A program made the position numbers and the translations under genes. Shown one piece after another: positions 1-9,987 of a DNA stretch of 64,000 nt. The stretch comes from an uncultured virus (IMG/VR IMGVR_UViG_3300020048_000101) (Duplodnaviria > Heunggongvirae > Uroviricota > Caudoviricetes), in the IMG/VR virus record IMGVR_UViG_3300020048_000101, positions 1-64,000 of that record, one strand, 5' to 3'. The first letter of the stretch is position 1. Every line of letters starts with the position of its first letter. The notes beneath the pieces are model-generated. The model ran no database searches and was not told where the DNA came from. It saw only the letters and a program-made list of their open reading frames with translations.

Positions 1-497
1 AATCTGAGAAGGAAAAGATTTATAAATTGTACTTGGAAATTTATGGTAAAAATGGAATTTCAAAACATATTATGAAAACTATGATGCCGTTGATTAATTC
101 TGAATTACAACGATTACTTGAGGATAGTTCACATTTTAGATTAGAAGTTAGGATTAACGATAAGAATGAGGTTGATTTTGTTATGATTGATAATAACACT
201 CAAGTCGAGAAAAATATGGCATCAGGTTCAGGATATGAACGTACTATTGCATCATTGGCATTAAGAGCGGTGTTGAGTAAAATATGTTCTTTACCAAAAC
301 CTAACATTATAGTTTTTGATGAGGTCTTCGGTAAAATATCTAACGATAATTTGGATATGGTTTCAGAATTCTTTACTAAGATTAAAGAATACTTTGAAAA
401 GATATTTGTTATAACACATAACCCTATGGTGACTAATTGGTCGGATAATGTTGTTAAGGTTAGAAAAGAAGAAAACATTAGTTATGTCTCACAATAA
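1..497 (+). CDS. SbcC/Rad50-like recombination ATPase, C-terminal part (5' truncated by window edge)
   Basis: ABC signature-like SGSGYE, Walker B IIVFDEVFG, H-loop VITHN; frame is open to the window start. Confidence 0.85.
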   Translation, partial: SEKEKIYKLYLEIYGKNGISKHIMKTMMPLINSELQRLLEDSSHFRLEVRINDKNEVDFVMIDNNTQVEKNMASGSGYERTIASLALRAVLSKICSLPKPNIIVFDEVFGKISNDNLDMVSEFFTKIKEYFEKIFVITHNPMVTNWSDNVVKVRKEENISYVSQ

Positions 498-528
498 TTT
501 GTTAAAGTCGAATTTTTAAGTATCTTTG
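498..528 (+). promoter_or_regulatory. Bacteroidota sigma70-type promoter (-33 TTTG / -7 TAnnTTTG)
   Basis: TTTG 498-501, 19-nt spacer, TATCTTTG 521-528. Confidence 0.7.
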
Positions 529-543
529 TTTAAAATAGTCAAT

Positions 544-1134
544 ATGAAATCTAAAAAATTTAAGTTCATTTTGTTTTTGTTTCAAAAACATAATAATCAA
601 GACGAATTTGTCGTTGATATTGCGGGTGAGATTGCGTTACTAACTAAAAGTTCTAACGTTAAATATTATTATGGGGCTGAAGCGTCTGTTTATACGTTCT
701 CAACTAATGTTAAGTTAAAAGAAGTTAACGAGTATCTTGACATTATTTTAAGTGATGAGAGTCCCGCGTATTTTCTTTTACCTTACGATACTGACAATAT
801 GTCAACGGGGTTACCTGATAGTATCTCGACACATCTTTTTGGTGAGGGGTTATCTGACAAAATGTCAGATATTAAATTTTCGGAACAAAAATTGAGTGAT
901 TTTTCTTTGTTAAATGAAGAAATGTTTGAAGATATGTTAAACCAATTTAATGATGATGACGAAGATGACGAAATTTCTAAGTTAATTAAAAGAACTAAAG
1001 AAGTTAAAGTTAATGATTTTGTTACTGAAGAACAATTTAATGATATTTTAGATAAAATTAATAGTGAAGGTAGTGCGTCATTAACAAAAAAAGAAGTATC
1101 TTTGTTAAACAAATATTCTAAACAAATTAAATAA
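544..1134 (+). CDS. hypothetical protein with C-terminal DUF6576-like motif
   Basis: C-terminal ILDKINSEGSASLTKKE resembles the tail of Bacteroidota rhomboid proteins; ATG 544 lies downstream of the promoter. Confidence 0.5.
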   Translation: MKSKKFKFILFLFQKHNNQDEFVVDIAGEIALLTKSSNVKYYYGAEASVYTFSTNVKLKEVNEYLDIILSDESPAYFLLPYDTDNMSTGLPDSISTHLFGEGLSDKMSDIKFSEQKLSDFSLLNEEMFEDMLNQFNDDDEDDEISKLIKRTKEVKVNDFVTEEQFNDILDKINSEGSASLTKKEVSLLNKYSKQIK

Positions 1135-1139
1135 GACTT

Positions 1140-1943
1140 ATGATGAAAGATAAAAATTCAACAATTCCGATTAACCAAGATGAGATTCAAGTTTATTTGA
1201 AAGACATTCGTAAGATTAAAGTTATGACACCTGAAAGGGAGAGAGAGTTATCTGAATTAATTTCTAAAGGTGAGCTATCTGATAGTGATATTCGTAAAAT
1301 TGAACGAGAACTTGTCGAAGGTAATTTACGTTTTGTTATTACAGTCGCTAAACAATATCAAAACCAAGGGTTACCATTACCGGATTTGATTAATGAAGGA
1401 AACTTCGGGTTATTGAAAGCAATTCGTAACTTTGATTGGTCAAAAAATCTACGATTTATCTCATATGCCGTTTGGTGGGTAAGACAATCAATATTACAAT
1501 CATTAAATGATAACGCAAGAACTATCAGGCTACCTGTGAATGTTGTTCAGGATTTATATAAGGCGAAAAAAGAGATTGAACTTAAAGGTGGTAATTTAAG
1601 TGATAAGTTTCAAAACTTACCATCAATCATTGATTTAGATATGAATATTAATGATGAGGGGGATACTCTAATTGATATCATTAAAAATGAGAATGCTGAT
1701 ATGCCTGATGAGATATTCAATAGTCAGGATGTTTTAAAAACTAAATTGATTAGTTTGTTAGATATTTTAGATGAACGTGAAAAAATCATTATTGAGGATT
1801 ATTTTGGGATAACGGGTACTTGTAGAACTTTAGAGGATATTGGGACTGATTTCAACCTAACTAAAGAACGTGTTCGACAAATTAAAGAAAAGGCACTTAG
1901 AAAACTAAGGAATGAAAGTTCGGAGCTTTTTGACTATATGTAA
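1140..1943 (+). CDS. RNA polymerase sigma-70 factor (RpoD/SigA family, lacking region 1.1)
   Basis: NLRFVITVAKQY, DLINEGNFGL, RFISYAVWWVRQSI, TLEDIG...LTKERVRQIKEKALRKL. Confidence 0.95.
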   Translation: MMKDKNSTIPINQDEIQVYLKDIRKIKVMTPERERELSELISKGELSDSDIRKIERELVEGNLRFVITVAKQYQNQGLPLPDLINEGNFGLLKAIRNFDWSKNLRFISYAVWWVRQSILQSLNDNARTIRLPVNVVQDLYKAKKEIELKGGNLSDKFQNLPSIIDLDMNINDEGDTLIDIIKNENADMPDEIFNSQDVLKTKLISLLDILDEREKIIIEDYFGITGTCRTLEDIGTDFNLTKERVRQIKEKALRKLRNESSELFDYM

Positions 1944-1952
1944 AAAAAAATT

Positions 1953-1984
1953 AACCTTCTATTTATTATGATAGAAGGTTTTTT
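1953..1984 (+). terminator. intrinsic terminator after sigma gene
   Basis: AACCTTCTAT/ATAGAAGGTT hairpin followed by T-run; A-run on the other side. Confidence 0.7.
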
Positions 1985-1993
1985 ACATTTATA

Positions 1994-2302
1994 GTGACTA
2001 AAATTAAAATTATGGGAAAAATTAATGAATTTATTACAAAACATTATCAAAAGATAGTATTCTTTTTATTGTTGGCGATATTATTAAACACTTGTGGTAA
2101 TCCCACAAAATCAGTAAATAAACGTATTGACGTTTTATCTGAAAAAATTGATTCTTTAGAGGTTGTTAGTGTTACTAAAACTGATTTAACTATCGAAGGT
2201 TTGAAATCTGAAAAAAGAATGATTCAATCAACGGATAGAAAGATGTTGGATGTTAACAGACAAACTGAAATTGATAAAGAAATTGAAACTTTAAGTAAAT
2301 AA
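1994..2302 (+). CDS. small membrane/lipoprotein-like protein (possible lysis accessory)
   Basis: hydrophobic stretch ending LLNTCG then coiled-coil; upstream of amidase. Confidence 0.4.
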   Translation: MTKIKIMGKINEFITKHYQKIVFFLLLAILLNTCGNPTKSVNKRIDVLSEKIDSLEVVSVTKTDLTIEGLKSEKRMIQSTDRKMLDVNRQTEIDKEIETLSK

Positions 2303-3435
2303 TGAAGAATATTTGGACTTGGATTAAGAACAACCCCATTAGGTTTATGTTCTTAATTCCTATTTTATTAGTTGCGGTTATTTCCATTTCACACGTTGTT
2401 TCTTGGTATAATTTAGCAAACCCAATAAGTTGGGCTGTTTACCTTTCAATCGCGATTGAAGTGGGTGCGATGGTAGCGTTAGTCGCTGCAACAAATAAGA
2501 TTAAAGGTGGCGTTTGGTTTATGTTCGGAATGGTGACATTTATTCAAATGGTGGGTAATATCTTTTTCTCATTTAAAGAGGTTGATACGAATGGTGATTT
2601 ATTTAAATCTTGGATTGAGTTAACTGCGCCTGTTTGGGAGTTACTTGGTTCAGAATCAACGGATTTAACCGCGATGAAACGTTGGTTAGCATTTTTAGAG
2701 GGTGGATTATTACCAATTATATCCTTAACATCATTACACTTTTTTGTTAAGTTTGATGATAATAAACCAAAAGTTGAAACGATAGACGAACCTAAAATTG
2801 ATGGTCCAAGTGACGATGAAGATGGTGGGTTAATGTCAGATTCAGTGATGAATCCTACTTATGAGATAAGTAAAGAAATTTATGAATCTAAAGAGAAACA
2901 AGAGGTTGTTAGTGAAAAAACGGAAGTGATTGAATTACCTAATGAGGAATTACCAATAGAAACTGAAATTTATTTAACCAAAACAACGACATTACCAATT
3001 GTTGAAACATTTGCAAGTGAAGAAAGATATCTTGATTTACAAGAAAATCAAAGACGTGTGAATGAACCTGTAAATGAACCTGTAAATGAACCTGTAAATG
3101 ATGTTGTAAATGATGTTGTAAATGATGTTGTAAATGAGGGAGTAAATGAGGGAGTAAATGAGGGAGTAAATGAGGGAGTAAATGAGGGTGTAAATGAGGG
3201 TGTAAAAGTTGATGAAGAAACAGGTGAGATAAATTTAGTTTATAATCCCATAATAATGGAGGAAGATTATTTTTTATCATCTAAAAGTGAAGAACCTACT
3301 ATTGAAACAACAGAAACTATTAATGACGATATTAGAGAAATATTAGAAGAAATTAGTGATGAGGTTTACACCACAACAACAACGACTCTTTATGAAGAAA
3401 ACGTTAAAAGACTTAGTTATGTGAAACAATCTTAA
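2302..3435 (+). CDS. multi-pass membrane protein with acidic low-complexity tail (holin candidate)
   Basis: about four N-terminal hydrophobic helices; adjacent to amidase. Confidence 0.45.
   Translation: MKNIWTWIKNNPIRFMFLIPILLVAVISISHVVSWYNLANPISWAVYLSIAIEVGAMVALVAATNKIKGGVWFMFGMVTFIQMVGNIFFSFKEVDTNGDLFKSWIELTAPVWELLGSESTDLTAMKRWLAFLEGGLLPIISLTSLHFFVKFDDNKPKVETIDEPKIDGPSDDEDGGLMSDSVMNPTYEISKEIYESKEKQEVVSEKTEVIELPNEELPIETEIYLTKTTTLPIVETFASEERYLDLQENQRRVNEPVNEPVNEPVNDVVNDVVNDVVNEGVNEGVNEGVNEGVNEGVNEGVKVDEETGEINLVYNPIIMEEDYFLSSKSEEPTIETTETINDDIREILEEISDEVYTTTTTTLYEENVKRLSYVKQS
3058..3204 (+). repeat. 12-bp in-frame tandem repeat (about 12 units; VNEP/VNDV/VNEG)
   Basis: GTAAATGA followed by ACCT, TGTT, GGGA or GGGT, repeated. 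Confidence 0.95.
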
Positions 3436-3460
3436 CACATAGAATAAAAGTTTAATTTAT

Positions 3461-4063
3461 GTGTTAATGGTTGATATTCAAAAATATGGAAAATTTAAAG
3501 GTACGGGGAAACAAAAGAAAAAACATCAAATTATTCTTACCCATACCTCAAGAAATATTAGTGATTATCTACAATCATTAAAGTACCGTTATAACGGTGA
3601 ATATGATAAAATCCCCCACTATATAATCACACGAGAGGGGGTTATTTTACAATTACTAGCCAATTCTGAGTATAGTAATTATTTTACAGACCCGAAAATA
3701 AATCAGGGGTCGATAACCATTTGTTTAGAAAATTTAGGTTGGATTCAAAAAGAACCTTTAAAAGATTATTACGTTAACTGGATTGGTGATATTTATAAGG
3801 GAGTAGTATTTGAGAGAAAATGGCGTGACTATTATTTTTGGCAACCATATACTGAAAAACAATTTGAAATGGTGGTGCAATTATGTAAAAAACTATTTCA
3901 GGAAACTTCGGTAAAATCTCAAATTATTGGTCATAACACAAAGATAAGTAATTTTCAAAAACAGGAAGGTGTGTTAACAAGAAGTAACTACAATGTTGAG
4001 TTTACAGATGTTAGTCCGGCTTTTAAATTTGAAGATTTTATAAAAAAAATAGAAAATGGGTAA
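3461..4063 (+). CDS. N-acetylmuramoyl-L-alanine amidase (Amidase_2-like), putative endolysin
   Basis: IILTHT, PHYIITREGVILQ, SITICLEN, YTEKQ, IIGHN, DVSPAF motifs. Confidence 0.75.
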   Translation: MLMVDIQKYGKFKGTGKQKKKHQIILTHTSRNISDYLQSLKYRYNGEYDKIPHYIITREGVILQLLANSEYSNYFTDPKINQGSITICLENLGWIQKEPLKDYYVNWIGDIYKGVVFERKWRDYYFWQPYTEKQFEMVVQLCKKLFQETSVKSQIIGHNTKISNFQKQEGVLTRSNYNVEFTDVSPAFKFEDFIKKIENG

Positions 4064-4685
4064 TTCACACGATGAAATTAAAAGATTATTGAAAGCCTCT
4101 AGGTCATTATTAAGTAATAAGAGATTAAATGAGGATATTCAAGATATTAAACACCAATATGGATTAATTCGTGAAGAATCGGAGATTGGAACACGAATTA
4201 ATGTCGCGAAATCAATTGAAGATGATATTGACGATGGTGAATATGAAACCGCTGAAACTTCTGATGAGGATGAATACAAGGATGAAAGTAAATCGGATAA
4301 AAAACAGGCGTATAGAATTTCAGGTGGGATTTTAGTGTTACACGGTAAGGAACAAATGGAATTGGAATTGACTACAGATGAAAAAACCGCATTCCAAGAA
4401 ACTATGGACGAGTTTGTTTCTGAAGTGTCAGATATGGCGGATTTTAATAAATTAAACGTGTATTCAAAAAATGTTGAATGGTCAGGAAAAATTATAGATT
4501 TTGATTTGGAATTTTTCTTTTCAATAGGTGAAGAGAATGGTGTTTATATTGAGGGAGATATGATTAAATGTGATGACAAGTTCTTGGAGTTTGTTAGTAA
4601 ATTAAAAGTCTATTATGAAAAATTCAAATCTAAATGGTCTAAGATATTAGGTGACAGAAAAAAAACGGTAAAAACTGAAGAATGA
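4056..4685 (+). CDS. hypothetical phage protein
   Basis: 209-aa ORF overlapping its neighbours in operon fashion. Confidence 0.6.
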   Translation: MGNSHDEIKRLLKASRSLLSNKRLNEDIQDIKHQYGLIREESEIGTRINVAKSIEDDIDDGEYETAETSDEDEYKDESKSDKKQAYRISGGILVLHGKEQMELELTTDEKTAFQETMDEFVSEVSDMADFNKLNVYSKNVEWSGKIIDFDLEFFFSIGEENGVYIEGDMIKCDDKFLEFVSKLKVYYEKFKSKWSKILGDRKKTVKTEE

Positions 4686-5293
4686 AAAACATATTAAAAT
4701 ATATTGATTTAAAAGTGGTGACGATAATAGGGCTTATTATCGTTATTTTATGTTTAAGGTCTTGTAAGATTGATAATGGCCCTATTGTTAAAATAGATGG
4801 TAAAAAATATCAAGTAATCAAACATAAAGTTGATACGGTGTATGTTCGAACAACCCAAACCGTTTATAAGAAAGGTAATGTGATTTATAAAGAGATACCT
4901 ATCTATGTTCAATTACCACCACGTATTGACACTGTTGAAGTTATTAGAGGCTACTATAGTAAAGTAATCTATAAAGATACGTTAAAGTTAAAAGATAGTT
5001 TAGGTTACATAACCTTAACCGATACAATATTTCAAAATAACATATTAGGTAGAGAGTGGGTTTCTCACGTTAATAAAATTACTATTAAAGATGTTACAAT
5101 TGTTAAAGAGTTGCCTAAAAATCAATTCTATTTAGGGGGATTATTAAATCTAAATAATAAAACAGGATTCACTTCGGTTGGACCATCAGTATTGTTCAAA
5201 ACTAAGAAAGATAGAGTTTTTTCTGTCGGTGCTGGATTAGGAACAAATATGACGGTTTATTACCAAGGTGGTATTTATATTAAACTATTTTGA
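4682..5293 (+). CDS. membrane-anchored protein, Bacteroidota phage spanin-like candidate
   Basis: N-terminal TM ending LRSC, DTVY/DTL repeats, C-terminal amphipathic beta strands ending in F. Confidence 0.45.
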   Translation: MKNILKYIDLKVVTIIGLIIVILCLRSCKIDNGPIVKIDGKKYQVIKHKVDTVYVRTTQTVYKKGNVIYKEIPIYVQLPPRIDTVEVIRGYYSKVIYKDTLKLKDSLGYITLTDTIFQNNILGREWVSHVNKITIKDVTIVKELPKNQFYLGGLLNLNNKTGFTSVGPSVLFKTKKDRVFSVGAGLGTNMTVYYQGGIYIKLF

Positions 5294-5541
5294 TATGGCA
5301 TTAACGGCGAGTGATAAGAAAGAAATTGAAGTTATAATTCGAAAGGAAATTAAGGATTTCGTTGGTAGTTCAACTATGAAACAATATGAGGAGAAACTAC
5401 TTAACTTAATTGCTAATGAAATAAATCGTGGTAAAATACACGGAAATGTTAAAGAGGTGGTTCTTAGAGTGTTTAGAGAGTTTTACAATTATATGTGGAC
5501 TCAAAGAAGTTCTTGGGAACCAAGATTAAGAAACGCGTAAT

Positions 5542-6129
5542 ATGGATATAGCAACTCAAATTAAAGATAAATTCAATGAATATTCATCAGGAAAATTACC
5601 TGGAATTGAAGGTGCTAAGGCGTCAAATGAACTTAATCGTGCATTATCATCAACAGAAATGACTGAAAGTGAGTTTTGTGATTCTTGTGAAAAACCTAAA
5701 TCGGAATGTGATTGTGAGACATCGGAAACTAAAGAAAGTATGGGGGCGGTAAGTGCTGGTGGATATTCGGTCCCTTTATTTAGTGAAGGTGAAGTTACCA
5801 AAGTTGAGACAAAAGAAGCTACGGGGTCGTCATCCGCAGGTATGTATGACGCTCCGGGGTTTGAAGATGTGAAAATGAAAGGTAATCATAAACGTGGTTC
5901 GGGTAGGTCATATAAAAGAACACAAATACCCGGTGGTAAATTTGTTGAGGTTAAAGCAAAATGTAAAAAATTCCCATATTGTAATCAAGGTATAGGTGCT
6001 TTGAAAATCTTTGAAAACGAAAAACTACAAGAAGCGATTAAAAATGTTAGTAAAAAGATGAACATTAGTGAGTCGGTTATTAAAAATATAATTGCTTATG
6101 AATATGAAAATTTAAAAACTAATAAATAA
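5542..6129 (+). CDS. hypothetical phage protein (probable virion/head protein)
   Basis: ORF with CxxC and CKKFPYC motifs and repeated TKE-A/S-xG segments. Confidence 0.5.
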   Translation: MDIATQIKDKFNEYSSGKLPGIEGAKASNELNRALSSTEMTESEFCDSCEKPKSECDCETSETKESMGAVSAGGYSVPLFSEGEVTKVETKEATGSSSAGMYDAPGFEDVKMKGNHKRGSGRSYKRTQIPGGKFVEVKAKCKKFPYCNQGIGALKIFENEKLQEAIKNVSKKMNISESVIKNIIAYEYENLKTNK

Positions 6130-6166
6130 ACTAATATTCTTTAATATTTATATAAAAAACGAAACA

Positions 6167-7600
6167 ATGAGAAAACATAATCAAAAAGACATAGATAGTC
6201 TAGTAAATAAAATTTTATCTGAAACATTAGAGGAAAAAGCGAATAGTTTAGTTTCAAGATTAAATAACAAAGAAGTTAATGAAGATGGTATGGGTGGACC
6301 AAAGTCTATTAACCCAAAGAATGGAAAACGTAAATTCGGGTTAAATATGTCATCGAAAGAAATTGACAAAATCATTGCTCAAATGAGAAATGGTGAGTAT
6401 GACGATGATGATGATGATTTAGGTTATCCAACACATAGTGGTGGTTTTGGTGGTGATGATTCTGAATTGTCTGAAAGTGATTCCGAAATTTGTGAGTGTG
6501 GTGGTAACCTATATGAAGGTACTTGTAATGAGTGTGGTGGTTCTTATGGTTCTATGGATGAGGAAGAAGATTTTGATGATTCAGAAGAGGTTGACACTGA
6601 AAATTACAATGAAGGTAGATGTCAAACAATTCAAGATGTTATTGATAGTCAAGGTGGTGAAGTTACGACTTTTGATAAAGAGCAATTACGATTCAATGGT
6701 TGTAAATCATTACAAGAATCATTGAAAAGTAAAAAAAATGATGCTAAAGTAGGGAATCGAAAAGTGTTAGATAAAAACAAAAACAATAAGATTGACTCAG
6801 AGGATTTCAAATTATTAAGAGGTAAAAAAACTGAGACTAAAGAATCGTTAAAAGGTGGTCAAAAGAATTTAGACAAAAACAAAAATAATAAAATTGATGC
6901 CGGTGATTTTAAGTTAATGAACAAAGATAAGAAAACTAATAAAAAAGAATCAGTTAAATTAAGTGAAGCTGAATTAGTTGATTTGATTGAGAGTATCGTT
7001 AAAGAAGATATGAAAGGTATGAAAACTAGAGGTATGTCTGAATATGAAAAAGCACATAAAGGTTCTGGTGAAGAAAATAAAGACTATATCAAATCGGTTA
7101 CTAAAAAAATGTCTGATTATTTAAAAGATGGTTCGAAAGGTAAATTTGATATGAATCCAAAAATGTTCCCAAAAGGAAATGGTGAGATTGAAAAAATGAA
7201 CACCAAAAAATATACGATATCAAAAGATGGTGAGGAATTCATTGATGATTATTTAAGACCAAGTAATTTAAATTTAGAATATGATACAATAGAACCAAAT
7301 GAAGAATGGATGAAAGGTAATATTGAGGGTTCTTCTAAAACAGGTAATGGAAAATGGGCAAACTCAGTTGAAACTGATTTAGGTGAAAAATTGAATAAAA
7401 GACGTAAAGAAAATAAATTTGCAAAACTTCGTAGACAAGCGTATAATAAAGCACCTCAACCTATTACAGATAAAACAGGTGAAGAATCTGGTAATGGCGT
7501 TAACATTAAACTTGAATCTACTGACAAACAAACTAAAGTATTAAATGAAGAGTTTACTAAAATACAACATTTAATGGGGTATAGTAGAAAAACTCAATAA
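6167..7600 (+). CDS. acidic/charged protein with two EF-hand-like loops (putative prohead core/internal protein)
   Basis: LDKNKNNKIDSEDF and LDKNKNNKIDAGDF; CECGG..CNECGG; TATTTAT at 6145. Confidence 0.5.
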   Translation: MRKHNQKDIDSLVNKILSETLEEKANSLVSRLNNKEVNEDGMGGPKSINPKNGKRKFGLNMSSKEIDKIIAQMRNGEYDDDDDDLGYPTHSGGFGGDDSELSESDSEICECGGNLYEGTCNECGGSYGSMDEEEDFDDSEEVDTENYNEGRCQTIQDVIDSQGGEVTTFDKEQLRFNGCKSLQESLKSKKNDAKVGNRKVLDKNKNNKIDSEDFKLLRGKKTETKESLKGGQKNLDKNKNNKIDAGDFKLMNKDKKTNKKESVKLSEAELVDLIESIVKEDMKGMKTRGMSEYEKAHKGSGEENKDYIKSVTKKMSDYLKDGSKGKFDMNPKMFPKGNGEIEKMNTKKYTISKDGEEFIDDYLRPSNLNLEYDTIEPNEEWMKGNIEGSSKTGNGKWANSVETDLGEKLNKRRKENKFAKLRRQAYNKAPQPITDKTGEESGNGVNIKLESTDKQTKVLNEEFTKIQHLMGYSRKTQ

Positions 7601-7647
7601 TTTACTTTAACATATTAACAATTATTATTTCTCCATAGACATTATCT

Positions 7648-8115
7648 ATGGAGAATTTTTTTAACTATATAACAAGCCCGTTGACACCTGAAGATGTAGA
7701 TATTTGGTTTAGAAGTAATAACATAATACCTGAAAAATTGGTATTGTATTACGATTTTACGTGTTCATTGAATATGTTGATAATAAAGACATATCTTGGT
7801 GAAAGTAACGACTCTAAAGAGACCCAAATACGATTATCCTCGGATGATAAAGATAACCACTTTATATGGTGTTGGAACAAAACAATCGAGAACTTTAAAA
7901 AAGAGAGTATTAAGTTTTTCCCCGAGGGAGAACACTTAGATTATTTTAAATCATTTTTTGACGAAACATTTTACAATCAAAAAAATGAGGAGATTAGAAA
8001 TGCAATCAACGACTTCTTCAATGATTTATTTGATATTCAAAAACCGTTCACCAAATCAGATTTAGATATGATATCATCACTATATAAAGTGATGGATAAA
8101 AATATAGATAAATAA
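7648..8115 (+). CDS. hypothetical protein
   Basis: 155-aa ORF. Confidence 0.6.
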   Translation: MENFFNYITSPLTPEDVDIWFRSNNIIPEKLVLYYDFTCSLNMLIIKTYLGESNDSKETQIRLSSDDKDNHFIWCWNKTIENFKKESIKFFPEGEHLDYFKSFFDETFYNQKNEEIRNAINDFFNDLFDIQKPFTKSDLDMISSLYKVMDKNIDK

Positions 8116-8194
8116 AAATCCCCCCACTATTTACATTGAGAGTAATAAAATTAACTTTTAGTATAAATAAAAATAAATTAAAACAAGATTAAAG

Positions 8195-8371
8195 ATGGAA
8201 ACATTAGAACAAATCAAAACGTTGACTGAAGAATTGTCTGTAGATTCAACTAAATTTTTTGCGGGTAATAAAAGTGCTGGAACAAGAGCAAGACAAACGG
8301 CGCAAAAAATTAAAGACCTTTTACAAAATTTAAGAAAAGAGATTTTGGCAGAAAGAAAAACTGAAAATTAA
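8195..8371 (+). CDS. histone H1-like (Hc1 family) DNA-binding protein, 58 aa, absent from ORF track
   Basis: METLEQIKTLTEELSVDSTKFFAGNKSAGTRARQTAQKIKDLLQNLRKEILAERKTEN; GNKxAGTRAR motif. Confidence 0.8.
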   Translation: METLEQIKTLTEELSVDSTKFFAGNKSAGTRARQTAQKIKDLLQNLRKEILAERKTEN

Positions 8372-8561
8372 TGAGTGATATTAATACAATATTTTTATTT
8401 GTATTTATTTTTTCAGTAATCACTGTGTTAAGAACAGTGTTTAGGTTTATAGTCTCCCTATTACAATCTACCCCACAAAGGTTAGTGTTAAGTAATGGGG
8501 AACTACTATCCCTAGGATTAACAATTACTTATTGTTTAACATATATTATAAAAAATTAATT

Positions 8562-9002
8562 ATGAGTTTATATACAGAATTTTCAACATTGTTCCCGTAT
8601 CTACAATCGGTTAGAAAATTAAAGAATTATTTAAGTTTTGACCTTAGTATTCCTAATTCTTGGAAACTACCTAAAAAGTATGTTGATGAGGAAAAAATTA
8701 TGGAACAGGATTCAAAAATTGATGGTTTCAGATTAATATCGTTTGTTACTGAAATTAGTGAGGATGCCGTTGAGCAGAACACCGAAAACATCCAGAATAT
8801 CATTAAGTACAATTTAGAAAGAGAAGAAAAAGATAGATTGTTCCAAACTAAAGTTTCTGAATTAAAAACAATATTTGAAAAACAGAGTTTAGGTAAACTA
8901 AAAAATTTATCGTTTGAAATTAGAGTTGATAAAATTGAATTAGAAGATGAAGAAGAGTCAGTTGATACAAGAGGAGAACTTGTTACAGAGGGACAGGATT
9001 AA
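8562..9002 (+). CDS. hypothetical protein
   Basis: ORF in a run of overlapping genes; start moved to the ATG after the upstream stop. Confidence 0.55.
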   Translation: MSLYTEFSTLFPYLQSVRKLKNYLSFDLSIPNSWKLPKKYVDEEKIMEQDSKIDGFRLISFVTEISEDAVEQNTENIQNIIKYNLEREEKDRLFQTKVSELKTIFEKQSLGKLKNLSFEIRVDKIELEDEEESVDTRGELVTEGQD

Positions 9003-9306
9003 ACATCAATTTGAATTGGAAAATGAAAAAAAACAATTCATTTCACAAATTAAACAAATTCAGAAAGAGGATATTTTACCAAAAGTCCCTGAAAAATTAT
9101 CGTTATGGAAGAGAATAGTAAAAGTATTGATGGGATAGTTGAAAAATTAGCGTTAATCGTTGATGCGACCGATGACTTATTCCCTGAAGGGAAGATGGCG
9201 GTAGTGTTTCAATTGAATGAAACTGATTTTAAAAGAGTACAGGATAATTTTAGAGAAATAGATAGGGGACATAAACAATTTAAGATTGATATCTCTGGTA
9301 CTGAAT

Positions 9307-9960
9307 TTATTTTTTTACAGGAAATGTTGTTGACTGACGAAAAAGATAAGATTTAGGGAACCCGTAATTGACTAGTATATTGTAAAGGTATTTTCGTTGT
9401 GATAATGAAGAATCTTTTACAAACATACAGTCAATTTTTTTTTGCTCGATAAAAATTTTGGATAGGCTATCAATAAATCTTGAAGAGTCATCCTCATTTT
9501 TAAATGTGAATAAATTGATTGTGTCATCGTTCTGAACAATAATTTTATTATTTAGTTTGGAAATCATTTTTAAACCAACACCTGATAAGTATTTTTTCAA
9601 TAATTCTTTTGTGTTGATTTTCTTTTTAGTTGTGTAATCTAAAAATTGTTCATCGACCTTATATGGTTGTACTTTTAATATTGTAAAATCATCATCCTCA
9701 AGGTTAACTTTACTTTGACGACCAAACGAGTCTTTAATATAAATAACCTCATCATTCCCTTTCTTTTTACCCAATAAAGCGATTTCGTATTCAGATTTAA
9801 AACCATTTTCAAATTTCTTATCGAAAATGACCTCATCACTTTCCTGAATAAGTTTTTTATAATACTCATCAGAATTTTTAAGTGTTTTAAATTTCTTGAT
9901 TATTCTCTTTTTTACTTTATTTTTGAATAAAACTATGAGGTAATAATGCTCCATAAACAA
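9307..9960 (-). CDS. hypothetical protein
   Basis: 217-aa ORF. Confidence 0.55.
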   Translation of the reverse strand: MFMEHYYLIVLFKNKVKKRIIKKFKTLKNSDEYYKKLIQESDEVIFDKKFENGFKSEYEIALLGKKKGNDEVIYIKDSFGRQSKVNLEDDDFTILKVQPYKVDEQFLDYTTKKKINTKELLKKYLSGVGLKMISKLNNKIIVQNDDTINLFTFKNEDDSSRFIDSLSKIFIEQKKIDCMFVKDSSLSQRKYLYNILVNYGFPKSYLFRQSTTFPVKK

Positions 9961-9987
9961 TAAGTAAATTTAAATTCAAATAAGTAA

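Noticed and set aside
3058..3204. Possible CRISPR array
   Set aside because: Contiguous 12-bp in-frame coding repeat with no spacers and no cas genes.
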